Of a DNA stretch of 64,000 bases, positions 1-9,658 are shown in pieces. The stretch's first letter is position 1. Each line of letters starts with the position of its first letter. The position numbers and the translations under genes are program-made. Below the pieces are notes generated by a model. The model was not told the DNA's origin and did not search any database. It worked only from the letters and a program-made list of their open reading frames with translations. Source of the DNA: an uncultured Chlamydiae bacterium (GTDB lineage Bacteria > Chlamydiota > Chlamydiia > Chlamydiales > SM23-39). Location: assembly GCA_903893545.1 (NCBI GenBank), contig CAITMJ010000010.1:29602-93601 (forward strand), written 5' to 3'.

Positions 1-2084
1 AAGTAGAAAAGCCCGATTGCTGGCTCCTCAATACCAACCCTTGGGAAGTACGACGCGATTCCTTTGCAACGACGATTCAATTTCGCGGAAAAATGATTCC
101 CGCCAAAAATAAACACGGAGAAGATGTCTTTCTTTTGGAAAATCCAGAAGAGGTAAGAGCTCTTCCCTATGACATTCCAATCGTAGGCTATGCTGAGAAG
201 GGCTATTTCAACGTATTGCCGCTTCGCCTTTGGTCAACCAAAGAATCGCCGCGCAATTTTCAATTACAAAGGTACAACGCAGGGCTTCTCGATCAGGCAG
301 CGGAAAATACGTCGCTGACCGATGTGCTCTATCCCAATGAAAACCACGAGCTCGGGAAAAGGCTTCGCTTAAAGCAAGAATTTCTTCTCATCGCAGCCTC
401 TCTTGACGACATTATCCGTAGACACATCTCGGTCTATGGGGACTTGGAGGCCTTTGCCGATAAGACGCGCATCCAAATCAATGACACCCATCCAGCTCTG
501 ACCATCGCCGAACTCGTTCGAACTCTGACTAAAAATCACGATTTTACATGGAAAGAAGCGCTCGATGCGACCCAAGAGATCTGCAGCTATACCAACCACA
601 CTATTTTAAAAGAGGCGCTAGAAGAGTGGAACGAACTCCGCGTCAAAGAGCTCCTCCCCCGCCAACACAACATCATCCAGCGGATCAATTTCGAATTCTT
701 AAATCGAGTGCGCGCTAAATTTCCCAACGATGAGGACAAAGTACAAAGGCTTTCCATTTTGGAAAATGGACAAGTGCGGATGGCGCATCTGGCCATTGTT
801 GGCTCCCATAAAGTCAATGGCGTGGCCAAGCTCCACAGCTCTATTTTAAAAAACATCGTCTTCAAAGATTTGGCAGACCTATTTCCGGAAAAATTTACCA
901 ATGTGACTAATGGCGTAACGCAGAGGCGCTGGCTGCTCTACGCCAATCCGCTTCTTGCCGAGTTCATCTCCAAGAGGATTGGCCGAGATTGGATCGTCGA
1001 TTTCCCAAAAATTGGCAAGCTCGCTGAATATGCCTCCGACCGCAAATCGCAAGAGGAGTTTCTCTCCATCAAAAAAGCGAATAAAGAAACGCTTCTTCGC
1101 TTTCTTAAAACCGAAAACGGTCTTCGAGATTCCAGCGGAAAAATCATCTCCCAGCCCCATCTATTGGGCACTCATGCGCTCTTCGATGTGCAAATCAAGC
1201 GCTTCCATGAATACAAACGACAGCTTCTTGGCGCTCTTCACCTCATCATGGTTTATCAAGAGCTCAAAGCAAACCCCAATTCGCATCCCATTGCCCGTTT
1301 AACGCTCTTTGGCGGCAAGGCAGCTCCTGGATATGAGAGGGCCAAGCAAATCATGCAGCTCATTGCGGCCATCGCCCGCAAGATCGACTCCGACCCAACC
1401 ATCCGCGAAAAGCTCGCCGTGGTATTTATCGAAAATTACAATGTCACAAAAGCAGAACTCATCATCCCGGCAGCGGACCTTTCCGAGCAAATTTCCCTCG
1501 CAGGATGGGAAGCTTCCGGCACGGGCAATATGAAGCTCTCTATGAATGGAGCTCTTACGATTGGAACGAATGACGGCGCAAATATCGAAATGAGGCAAGC
1601 TGTGACTGACCGCTTTTGGCCATTTGCCTTTGGAGCCTCTGCCGAAGAGAACCGAACCCCCTACAGCGCTTGGGAGATTTACATCCATGATGAACAAATC
1701 CGCCGTGCCGTCGACGCTCTAAAAGATGGAAGCCTATCGAGCAATGCCTCTGAAGCCGCCGCTTTTGCCGCCATCCATAAAGACCTTGTCGAATCTGGCC
1801 CTACTTCAGACTTCTATAAAGTGCTTAAAGACCTACGCGCCTACTACGAGACGCAAAAGAAAGTAGAAGCTCTTTTTTCCACCCCTTTTTCTTGGGCAGA
1901 AACGGCCATCCACAACATCGCCGCCATGGGAATCTTTTCCACGGATGAATCGATCCGCCACTATGCAAAAGAGATTTGGAATATTGAACCTTGTCCGCTC
2001 GATCACGCCCTTCTTGCCAAGGCGTTTGCCGCCTATGCCGAGCATGATGCCTGCAAGATCGTCGCGCTCAAAAACGGCTCTTAA
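1..2084 (+). CDS. glgP: glycogen/maltodextrin phosphorylase, 5'-truncated by the window edge
   Basis: The frame stays open from nt 3 (VEKPDCWLLNTNPWEVRRDSF precedes the listed Met at 93). It carries the phosphorylase PLP-site signature EASGTGNMKLSMNGALTIGTNDGANIEM. Stop at 2082-2084. Confidence 0.95.
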   Translation, partial: VEKPDCWLLNTNPWEVRRDSFATTIQFRGKMIPAKNKHGEDVFLLENPEEVRALPYDIPIVGYAEKGYFNVLPLRLWSTKESPRNFQLQRYNAGLLDQAAENTSLTDVLYPNENHELGKRLRLKQEFLLIAASLDDIIRRHISVYGDLEAFADKTRIQINDTHPALTIAELVRTLTKNHDFTWKEALDATQEICSYTNHTILKEALEEWNELRVKELLPRQHNIIQRINFEFLNRVRAKFPNDEDKVQRLSILENGQVRMAHLAIVGSHKVNGVAKLHSSILKNIVFKDLADLFPEKFTNVTNGVTQRRWLLYANPLLAEFISKRIGRDWIVDFPKIGKLAEYASDRKSQEEFLSIKKANKETLLRFLKTENGLRDSSGKIISQPHLLGTHALFDVQIKRFHEYKRQLLGALHLIMVYQELKANPNSHPIARLTLFGGKAAPGYERAKQIMQLIAAIARKIDSDPTIREKLAVVFIENYNVTKAELIIPAADLSEQISLAGWEASGTGNMKLSMNGALTIGTNDGANIEMRQAVTDRFWPFAFGASAEENRTPYSAWEIYIHDEQIRRAVDALKDGSLSSNASEAAAFAAIHKDLVESGPTSDFYKVLKDLRAYYETQKKVEALFSTPFSWAETAIHNIAAMGIFSTDESIRHYAKEIWNIEPCPLDHALLAKAFAAYAEHDACKIVALKNGS

Positions 2085-2103
2085 AATTAGTCTAATTAGA
2101 GGC

Positions 2104-2472
2104 CTAGCAGCTTGCGTAGGCTTTGCATAAATCCCTAGGGATCAGCATTGGACATTTGATCGCTGCGAATATGAAAGCCATGGATAGACCGCTACAGACT
2201 CCTTTGAAGTGATTTACGTTTAAGCGACCGGAGAAATAGTCAGAAGCGGCGGCAAAAACACATCCTATCAAGGCCAAAGGGACCACTACAACTCCAGCAA
2301 TTATACACGCTAGATCCAATCCCACGTTTTTTAAGTGGCCAATAGAACTTTTTTCAACCTGATTCCTATTGGAAAAGGGCTCCATTCCCACCCTTTTCCT
2401 AAGAGGGGATAGCATAAACTGAGCTGCATTGTCTACTAGGTGTAAATTGGAAACAGAAGCCATAATAATCAT
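2104..2472 (-). CDS. small membrane protein with a bilobed hydrophobic segment (Inc-like), paralog of 44553-44990
   Basis: 122-aa ORF. LDLACIIAGVVVVPLALIGCVFAAAS plus a second hydrophobic lobe GLSMAFIFAAI. It shares the LDLA..GVV..P core with the 44553 ORF. Confidence 0.5.
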   Translation of the reverse strand: MIIMASVSNLHLVDNAAQFMLSPLRKRVGMEPFSNRNQVEKSSIGHLKNVGLDLACIIAGVVVVPLALIGCVFAAASDYFSGRLNVNHFKGVCSGLSMAFIFAAIKCPMLIPRDLCKAYASC

Positions 2473-2572
2473 TCCTTTTTCTTAGTGTTGCCAGAGTATT
2501 TTACCAAGAAATCGGCTTTTATTTAAAGCGTTTTAATTTAAGATAAATAGAATAAATTTTACTTGAATCGAC

Positions 2573-3328
2573 TCAGAGATTCCACTTCTTCTGAAGCTCT
2601 TCGAGGGTTTTCTTCTTTTTCATCTGCGCAAGGGCTTGATTGAAAAGCCGGGTAAACTTAGCAGATTCCCCGAGTGGGGCCACGGTGTGAAGGCCGACGT
2701 TGGTCAAGGGAGCGGAGGCGATTTTGAGCCTACCGGCATAGAGATCCCGCACATAATTGATCGCTCGAAGGCGATCGAGAACCGCCGCTTCGATATCGCC
2801 AGTTGCCACTGCATCGAGAAGGTCCGGGATGGTGTCGTAGCTCCGAATGATTACTTCCGGGTGTTTTTCTAGGACTAGGACGGCCGGATCTCCATTGATA
2901 ACGCCGACGAGCTCGCCGGAGAGCCCTTTTAGATCGGCATAGTTGGCGTTGGCCGGGACGATGAGGACAGGGCCTAAATCGAGAAAGTTCTCTGAAAATT
3001 CATACTTTGCAAGGTTGAAATTATAGGCCGGCATAGAAGAGAGCACAGCGTCATACTTCCCCTGCTCCATCCCCTCCAAAAGAGTATCCCAATTGGCGCT
3101 TACTTTTTCTAATTCCATTCCGCTAAATCGCGAGACATCTAAGAGAAGATCTTCGACAAACCCATTTACATACGGTTGGAGCTCTTCGAAATTAAGAGGC
3201 GCAAAAGAGGAATCAACTCCAATTCGGAGTTTGCCCCGTTCGCTCTGATTGCAAGAACAGGAGGTAAGAAAAAATATCAGTAAAAGAGCCGCCAAACGCA
3301 TGGCGAGAATTGTAACGAAGGGTTTCAT
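2573..3328 (-). CDS. periplasmic amino-acid-binding lipoprotein of an ABC transporter (SBP family 3, ArtJ-like)
   Basis: Signal peptide ending in the lipobox-like FFLTSC. LRIGVDSSFAPLNFE and the overall two-lobe SBP_bac_3 layout (GKYDAVLSSM, VGVINGD). Confidence 0.85.
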   Translation of the reverse strand: MKPFVTILAMRLAALLLIFFLTSCSCNQSERGKLRIGVDSSFAPLNFEELQPYVNGFVEDLLLDVSRFSGMELEKVSANWDTLLEGMEQGKYDAVLSSMPAYNFNLAKYEFSENFLDLGPVLIVPANANYADLKGLSGELVGVINGDPAVLVLEKHPEVIIRSYDTIPDLLDAVATGDIEAAVLDRLRAINYVRDLYAGRLKIASAPLTNVGLHTVAPLGESAKFTRLFNQALAQMKKKKTLEELQKKWNL

Positions 3329-3359
3329 TTTTGGGAACTATTTGCTATTCTTGCGGGCG

Positions 3360-4295
3360 ATGATCAATCTATTCGTCAATTTCGGGGGACCTCGCGATCT
3401 CGAGGAGATTACTCCCTTTCTAACCGCGCTCCTAACCGACCGCGATGTCGTGCGCACCCGTTTTCCCACCTTTCTTCACAACTGGCTGTTTCGTAGAGTG
3501 GCAAAGAAAAGAGCGCAAAAAATCGCCCACGACTACGCGATGATCGGCGGCAGATCTCCCATCTATTTCGACACAGAGGCTCTGGCAAAAAAGTGGGATA
3601 GCCTAACGTTCCATCGCTATTTGCCGGCAACGCACAGGGAATCGCTCCAAAAGATCGAAGAGTGCAAGGCCGCAACCATTCGGACAATCCCCCTCTTTCC
3701 CCAATTTAGTTATGCGACAACCGGCAGCATCGCTAGGTTTTTTAAAGCCAATCTCTCCAAGCAAACAGTGAATAAACTGCGCTGGATCCACTCCTACGCC
3801 GCCCACCCCTCCTTTGTCTTGGCCTACCAGCGCCGCATCGCCGATTTCTTGAAAGGAAATAAGATTGAAGAAGTTGATTGCCTCCTTCTCTTTTCAGCCC
3901 ATGGAGTCCCTCGCGCATTTATCGACTCTGGGGATCTCTATGAATCGGAATGCATCCAGTCGTTTGAAGCCGTAAGGCAGGCGTTTCCAAAAGCCCTCTG
4001 TCGCCTCTCTTACCAATCGAAATTTGGCAAAGGCCAGTGGCTAACTCCCTCCACAGAGGAAGCGTGTACCCGAAGCGAGGGCAAAACACATGCGGTTATC
4101 GTGCCGATCTCTTTTACCTCAGACCACATCGAAACGCTCTATGAGATCGAAGAGCAGTATCTACCGATTTTAAGGGCCCATGGGATGAGAGCCTATCGTT
4201 GTCCAGCGCTAAACCTCGAGGACTATTGGATGGATGCGCTAGATACGATCGCAAACACATCGCCCCTGACTGCAACAGAGATGTTGATTCGATGA
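3360..4295 (+). CDS. hemH: ferrochelatase
   Basis: Motifs LLFSAHGVP, GQWLTPSTEE and SFTSDHIETLYEIEEQY. Start trimmed to the ATG at 3360 (MINLFVNFGGP), because the longer ORF overlaps the divergent SBP gene. Confidence 0.85.
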   Translation: MINLFVNFGGPRDLEEITPFLTALLTDRDVVRTRFPTFLHNWLFRRVAKKRAQKIAHDYAMIGGRSPIYFDTEALAKKWDSLTFHRYLPATHRESLQKIEECKAATIRTIPLFPQFSYATTGSIARFFKANLSKQTVNKLRWIHSYAAHPSFVLAYQRRIADFLKGNKIEEVDCLLLFSAHGVPRAFIDSGDLYESECIQSFEAVRQAFPKALCRLSYQSKFGKGQWLTPSTEEACTRSEGKTHAVIVPISFTSDHIETLYEIEEQYLPILRAHGMRAYRCPALNLEDYWMDALDTIANTSPLTATEMLIR

Positions 4296-5287
4296 AAAAC
4301 TGGCTCCTCCTCCTCGCTGTTCGACTGCTTCAGAAAAAAAGAGCTCCCCGGACAAAGCAACGGATTTTGGTAATTTCGACCACCGCCCTTGGCGATACGC
4401 TTTGGGCAACTCCTGCTTTAGAATCTCTCCGGAAATCTTTTCCCGAAGCGTATTTAGCTGTATTGACAAGCCCCATTGGAGAAGAAGTCCTTCGATACAA
4501 CCCCTGGACAGATCGCATTTATGTTCGCAGTACTTTGCGCCAGTTACAAAAGGAAGAATTTAGCGATGTCGTTGTTTTCCACGCCTCGCAAAGGTGGGCT
4601 CTTCCTTTGGCTGCCCTTTTAGGGGCCAATCGAATCATCGGCACAGAGGGAATCAATAAAGGACTCGATGTGCTCCTTACAGATCCAATGGCCAATCGGC
4701 AGGAACATGAAATAGTCCGAAGATTACAGCTCATTGAGCGCCTCGGCGCTAAGAGGCACGCCGAAACGCTCTCTTTTTTTCTGCAACCAGAAGAAAAAAC
4801 CACTCTTTGCCCAGGCACCATCGCGCTCCATCCCGGCTCTAAAGACGGCTTTAAGAGATGGCCGAAAGAACACTTCATCGCCGTGGGAAGAGCGCTCCAG
4901 AAAAAAGGGGCAAATATCTTGATCACGGGGACAAAAGAAGAGCTTGCGCTCAAACAAGAAGTTGCCGCTGCGATCCCTCAGGCGCAATTGAACGAAGATC
5001 TGTCTTTAAGGCAGTTCGCCTCGATGTTAAACGAGGTCGATCTGCTGATTAGCAATGACACCGGCCCGGTGCACCTAGCCGCTGCGCTCAAGCGGCCCGT
5101 CCTCGCAATCTACTCTTCGACCGACCCGGCCCTTTGCGGCCCCTATCAAGCCAAAGACGCTCTTGCAATTGCGCGCCCAAAGACGTGCGAGCCTTGCCTT
5201 AAACGAAAATGCCAACGCCCCTTCTGTTTTCTGCAAATTGGACCCGAAGAGGTGATCAACGCAGCTAAAAAGAGGCTGAATTTATGA
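4292..5287 (+). CDS. GT9 family ADP-heptose:LPS heptosyltransferase (RfaF/WaaF-like)
   Basis: ILVISTTALGDTLWATPALESLRKSFP N-terminus, NDTGPVHLAAAL motif, C-terminal CEPCLKRKC. The ATG at 4292 overlaps the hemH stop (ATGA). Confidence 0.8.
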   Translation: MKNWLLLLAVRLLQKKRAPRTKQRILVISTTALGDTLWATPALESLRKSFPEAYLAVLTSPIGEEVLRYNPWTDRIYVRSTLRQLQKEEFSDVVVFHASQRWALPLAALLGANRIIGTEGINKGLDVLLTDPMANRQEHEIVRRLQLIERLGAKRHAETLSFFLQPEEKTTLCPGTIALHPGSKDGFKRWPKEHFIAVGRALQKKGANILITGTKEELALKQEVAAAIPQAQLNEDLSLRQFASMLNEVDLLISNDTGPVHLAAALKRPVLAIYSSTDPALCGPYQAKDALAIARPKTCEPCLKRKCQRPFCFLQIGPEEVINAAKKRLNL

Positions 5288-6039
5288 TTTCTGCAACCAT
5301 CCTCACCAAAAATTCTGAAGAAACCCTTGCAGCCACCCTCGAATCTCTCCGATCTTTCCCCGAGGTCTTGGTTGTCGATACGGGATCTGCCGATCGGACA
5401 CTCGAAATTGCAAAAGGCTTTGCCAATGTGCGCGTTCTTCTGAAACCATTCCAAGGATTTGGCAAAACGCATAACATCGCCTCTTCTCTTGCCGCCAATG
5501 ACTGGATCTTATCGATCGATAGCGATGAGGTTCTCTCTTTTGAGCTCGCTGCAGAAATCCTTGGGAAGAATCTAGACCGCTCTAGCGTCTATTCTCTCGA
5601 TCGGCATAACTATTTTCAAGGCAAGCACATCAAATACTGCGCCGGCTGGTATCCCGACCGAATCGTCCGCCTCTACCACCGCAAAACCACCCGATTTACC
5701 GATGACGCAGTCCATGAAAAAATACTCACTCCAAACCTCAAAATCGTCCCCCTTGCCCATCGACTAATCCACACGCCCTACCGGACGATCGATCAATTTA
5801 TTCACAAAATGCAGCTCTACTCCACCCTCTTTGCCGAGCAAAATAGGGAGAAGAAATCTTCCCTTACCAAAGCAATTGCCCACGGCCTTGCCGCTTTTTT
5901 TAAAAGCTATATTCTCAAGCGAGGATTTCTCGGGGGAAAAGAGGGATTGATCATCTCTCTTTACAATGGCCACACGGCTTATTACAAATATTTAAAGCTC
6001 GCGCTTCAGTCAAAGATGCAAACACCCAATCCGGAGTGA
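5284..6039 (+). CDS. GT2 family glycosyltransferase (LOS core type, WaaE/KdtX-like)
   Basis: ISATILTKNSEETLAATLESL..VLVVDTGSADRT and SIDSDE (DxD). ATGA overlap with the upstream GT9 gene. Confidence 0.75.
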   Translation: MISATILTKNSEETLAATLESLRSFPEVLVVDTGSADRTLEIAKGFANVRVLLKPFQGFGKTHNIASSLAANDWILSIDSDEVLSFELAAEILGKNLDRSSVYSLDRHNYFQGKHIKYCAGWYPDRIVRLYHRKTTRFTDDAVHEKILTPNLKIVPLAHRLIHTPYRTIDQFIHKMQLYSTLFAEQNREKKSSLTKAIAHGLAAFFKSYILKRGFLGGKEGLIISLYNGHTAYYKYLKLALQSKMQTPNPE

Positions 6040-7003
6040 TCTCAACCATGCAGGGTGAATTTAAAGAGCTGCTTGCATAGCGGCATTTCTTTTGATTGCA
6101 AGGAGCGCAAAAGCGCTTTGCTTGGAGATGCAATTGGTTCTGACCGCTAGCGCCGATAATCCCCGCATCGGTAGCTCCATACAACGTCACACAAGGGACT
6201 TTTAGGGCTGCAGCCAAATGGCTAAGCCCTGTATCTACGCTTACGCACGCCTTTGCACGTGAGAGAATATAGCCCATTTCAGAAAGAGAAAGTTTTGGCA
6301 ATAAAATAGCATTGGGAGAAGCCGCAGCCAATCGAGCTCCCCGCTCTTTTTCTTGTTCATTGCCCCAGGGAAGTAAAATCGGAAGATCGACTTTTCGCAT
6401 CAACTCAATCCAGTGTTCTTCTGGCCAAAGTTTTGTCTCCCATGTCGCACTGTGAATAAAGACGAGAAAAGAAGGAGGCAGATCAAAGGAGGGTTTTATA
6501 AAGCGATCTTGTTGGATAGAAAAATCGGGCGGAGTTGCCGGTAGAGGATAGTTGAGAGCGCCGGAAAAAAGGCGGCGAAGGCGATCGATGGCATGAATCT
6601 TCCACGACGCGCTATATTTTTTATGATAGGCATATTGAGCGATACTTTCGCGAACAGATTCTCGATCAAACCCCGCGCGGACTCCGTTGGCAAGAAGCGT
6701 TAAAAGAGCGCTCTTAAAATTGCCCTGCCCATCGATGATCAAATCATAACTTTGGCTCCGAAGAGTTTTTGCCAAGCGGTAGATAGAGGGAATAGAGGCG
6801 ATTGGATTTGTCCTCCATTTCCGATGATTGGTCAGAAATATCTTCGCAACAGCCGTGTGCCAAAGAGCCACTTCAGAAAACCCCTCATCGATTGCCCAAT
6901 CGCATTGAAGATCGGGATGCGCAAGGGATGCATCAGTGAGTGCCGGCAACGTGTGGATCAGGTCGCCAAGAGAAGTGAGTTTCACCAAAAGGATTCGCTT
7001 CAT
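5951..7003 (-). CDS. waaC: ADP-heptose:LPS heptosyltransferase I
   Basis: Matches E. coli WaaC as I remember it along the whole length: MKRILLVKLTSLGDLIHTLPALTDA, DLIIDGQGNFKSA, KLWPEEHW, LPWGNEQEKERA, VSVDTGLSHLAAAL. The 3' end overlaps the convergent GT2 gene by 89 nt. Confidence 0.88.
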   Translation of the reverse strand: MKRILLVKLTSLGDLIHTLPALTDASLAHPDLQCDWAIDEGFSEVALWHTAVAKIFLTNHRKWRTNPIASIPSIYRLAKTLRSQSYDLIIDGQGNFKSALLTLLANGVRAGFDRESVRESIAQYAYHKKYSASWKIHAIDRLRRLFSGALNYPLPATPPDFSIQQDRFIKPSFDLPPSFLVFIHSATWETKLWPEEHWIELMRKVDLPILLPWGNEQEKERGARLAAASPNAILLPKLSLSEMGYILSRAKACVSVDTGLSHLAAALKVPCVTLYGATDAGIIGASGQNQLHLQAKRFCAPCNQKKCRYASSSLNSPCMVEITPDWVFASLTEARALNICNKPCGHCKER

Positions 7004-7128
7004 GAGCGCCAAGAATACCACTTTAAGCGATAAAGATCCTGGAAAAAAACATTCATCACAACTATCCTAGTAGCCAGTTCTCAGCCTCTCGTAATGAAGA
7101 TAAATTTGATAGACAAAAAGCTCCCCAG

Positions 7129-8112
7129 ATGACGAGAAAACCACGCATCTGCATCATCTTACTCAATTGGAATGGCAAAAAAGACACTCTAGAATGCCTA
7201 GAATCTTTATCCAAGGCTAACTATTCCTCTTTCACGACCATTGTCGTAGACAATGGCTCGACAGATGGCTCAATCCCCGCTATCCGCGCCTCTTTTTCTC
7301 ACGTCCCCATCTTCGAAACGGGATCTAATCTCGGATTTGCCGGCGGTAACAACGTCGGTATTCAATGGGCCCTTTCAAAATCTTTTGAGTGGATTCTCCT
7401 TCTAAATAATGACACCATCGTCGATCCGCATTTTCTGACCGCCTTTATGGATGCGGCAAAAAACATGCCCCAAGCTAAAATTTTCGGCGCAAAAATCCTT
7501 CGCTATGGCGATCCTCACCGGATCGACCACCTCGGAGGGAAATGGAATCCGGGCAATGCCAAATTCGAGTCGATTGCCTCCGGCCTTCTCGATTCTGAAC
7601 TGATCGAATACAAAAGCGAAGCGGTCGATTACGTCTGCGGAGCGGCTCTTCTTATGCATCACTCTGTTCCAAGAACCATCGGCCTTCTCGAATCTAGGTT
7701 CTTCCTTTTTTGGGAAGAAACTGACTATTGCTTTCGCGCTCGCCATGTCGGTTTTGAAATTTGGACTGCTCCAGCGGCCAAGGTCTGGCATAAAGTTTCC
7801 GCCTCCTTCATCGGCGGCAAGCCCCATAGCCATTACTTTTGGTGGAGGAGTCGTCTTCTCTGGCTCGAACGAAACCTCCCCTCCTACGAACGGGAAGATA
7901 TCATGGCTCGCGTCATCCGTCCTGAGCTGATGAAAACGATTCGCCACTACGGCCTAAAATCACTACAGCTCCTTCTCTGGAAGATCCTTTTCCTCCCAAA
8001 AGATGTAGAAAAAGAGCAAAAAGTGCGCCGACTCCGAGCGGGGCTTATCGGAGCCTTTCACTACTACCTAGGAAAATTCGGCAACTGTCCGAAATGGATT
8101 TCAAAGCTTTAA
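7129..8112 (+). CDS. GT2 family glycosyltransferase (rhamnosyltransferase-like)
   Basis: ICIILLNWNGKKDTLECLESL..IVVDNGSTDGS, NLGFAGGNN, LLLNNDT. No N-terminal hydrophobic segment. Confidence 0.8.
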   Translation: MTRKPRICIILLNWNGKKDTLECLESLSKANYSSFTTIVVDNGSTDGSIPAIRASFSHVPIFETGSNLGFAGGNNVGIQWALSKSFEWILLLNNDTIVDPHFLTAFMDAAKNMPQAKIFGAKILRYGDPHRIDHLGGKWNPGNAKFESIASGLLDSELIEYKSEAVDYVCGAALLMHHSVPRTIGLLESRFFLFWEETDYCFRARHVGFEIWTAPAAKVWHKVSASFIGGKPHSHYFWWRSRLLWLERNLPSYEREDIMARVIRPELMKTIRHYGLKSLQLLLWKILFLPKDVEKEQKVRRLRAGLIGAFHYYLGKFGNCPKWISKL

Positions 8113-8130
8113 ACCTAAAAAGAAGGGATT

Positions 8131-8904
8131 ATGAAAACAGTACTGATTAGTTTGTTGATTTTTGCGGTTCATTCTGTATTTGCCTACGTAGAGAAATTCG
8201 AAGGAAAAAATCACAGCTGGAAAAAATTTGCAGAAACCTTTGCAGGGAAAACAGAAAAAAGACTCGAGATCATCAAGCGATTCCTTCCAGAAAATCCAAT
8301 CGTTTTTGAAGCGGGAGCTTTTGATGGAGCTTCATCCGTTATCTTAGGCAAGCTATGGCCCAATGGAAAAATTATTTCTTTTGAAGCAAACCCTACTCGC
8401 TTTACTGAATATCAAGAAAAGGCTCGCGGCGCTACAAATCTGCAAGGCTATAACCTTGCTGTGAACACATACAATGGAATCGCTACATTCTATCTTTGCT
8501 GGGGCACAGGGGGAAAAAATCCGATCTATGAAGGAGCTAGTTCCTTACTGCCGGCTTCTGAAGTCCAGAAAGCTCATTACATGGGGCCTGTGATCACTGT
8601 CCCTTGCGTCATCTTGGATGATTGGTGCCAAGAGCATCAGATTGAAAAATTTGATTTTATGTGGCTGGATTTAGAAGGGTTTGAGCTTCCTTTCTTAAAA
8701 AGCTCTCCGAATATGCTCAAGACGGTCAAAGTGATTTATACAGAAACGAATTTTTTTGCCTTTCGAGAAGGGCACACGCAGTACGTAGATTTGAGGGCAT
8801 TTCTAGAATCTCAAGGGTTTACAATGATCGCTCACTGGTATCTTGAAGGCGTTCAAGGCGATGCCATCTTTGTGCGAAATGAGCTGAACCTATCTCAATA
8901 TTAA
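8131..8904 (+). CDS. FkbM-type methyltransferase with an N-terminal signal/anchor peptide
   Basis: MKTVLISLLIFAVHSVFA, then FEAGAFDGASSVILGKLWPNGKIISFEANP and FMWLDLEGFELPFL (FkbM-like layout). Confidence 0.7.
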   Translation: MKTVLISLLIFAVHSVFAYVEKFEGKNHSWKKFAETFAGKTEKRLEIIKRFLPENPIVFEAGAFDGASSVILGKLWPNGKIISFEANPTRFTEYQEKARGATNLQGYNLAVNTYNGIATFYLCWGTGGKNPIYEGASSLLPASEVQKAHYMGPVITVPCVILDDWCQEHQIEKFDFMWLDLEGFELPFLKSSPNMLKTVKVIYTETNFFAFREGHTQYVDLRAFLESQGFTMIAHWYLEGVQGDAIFVRNELNLSQY

Positions 8905-9657
8905 CCCGTTTTCTTGCTGAAGCAGTTCCTTAAAAAACTGCTCATAAGCAATTTGCATTACAGGTCTTTCATAAGCATAAAAGGCTCTGACCATCAATAA
9001 AGAATCATGGACTTTCTTTTCTACCTTCACATACTCATGCTCATGATTGTTTATAATAATCAGACTAAAATCCAATTTTGGAAAATATCTTTTTAGCGCC
9101 TCATGGAGTCTTAATGCACAGTCTTCTGAAATTTCAATGTTCTCTTCAACTTTGTAAAAACGATTCAGATCTACAATAGAATGAATATATGCAGACCTTA
9201 TGAAGAACACTTTTCCCTGATGTTCTTTGAGTTCTTTAAATCTCTCAACCCTTCTTTTGTATTTGGATTGCAAAATTGGCATGTAGAACGGAACATTTTT
9301 CTCTTCCCAGGAACCATCATGAACAAATTCAAGGTGGTAACGGGTATTTAAAAGAGTCGCCCAACCAAATGGAACTAAGTATTCTTTATTTAAAAAATTC
9401 GAAAAATCATCGTCCAATATTTCAATCAGTTTTTCCCCATCCAAACAAATATTCCAATCAAAAGGGAAAGCGGCTTTTCTATGGCCACAAGATCTCGCAA
9501 GACTTGCCGGAGCACAATAAGACCCTAAACTTACAAACAGTATTTCCTTATTGAACTCACTAATATTGACATCATCTCCCTCAATTTTTTCTAAATCCCC
9601 ATTTACACCAGAAGTTAATGCAATAAAAATCGCAAATATCATTATATGCTTATTCAT
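8890..9657 (-). CDS. DUF1796-like (putative papain-like) protein with a signal peptide
   Basis: Start trimmed to MNKHIMIFAIFIALTSGVNG. SLGSYCAPASLARSCGHRKAAFPFDWNI resembles the DUF1796 N-terminal signature as I remember it. Confidence 0.5.
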   Translation of the reverse strand: MNKHIMIFAIFIALTSGVNGDLEKIEGDDVNISEFNKEILFVSLGSYCAPASLARSCGHRKAAFPFDWNICLDGEKLIEILDDDFSNFLNKEYLVPFGWATLLNTRYHLEFVHDGSWEEKNVPFYMPILQSKYKRRVERFKELKEHQGKVFFIRSAYIHSIVDLNRFYKVEENIEISEDCALRLHEALKRYFPKLDFSLIIINNHEHEYVKVEKKVHDSLLMVRAFYAYERPVMQIAYEQFFKELLQQENGLILR

Positions 9658-9658
9658 A

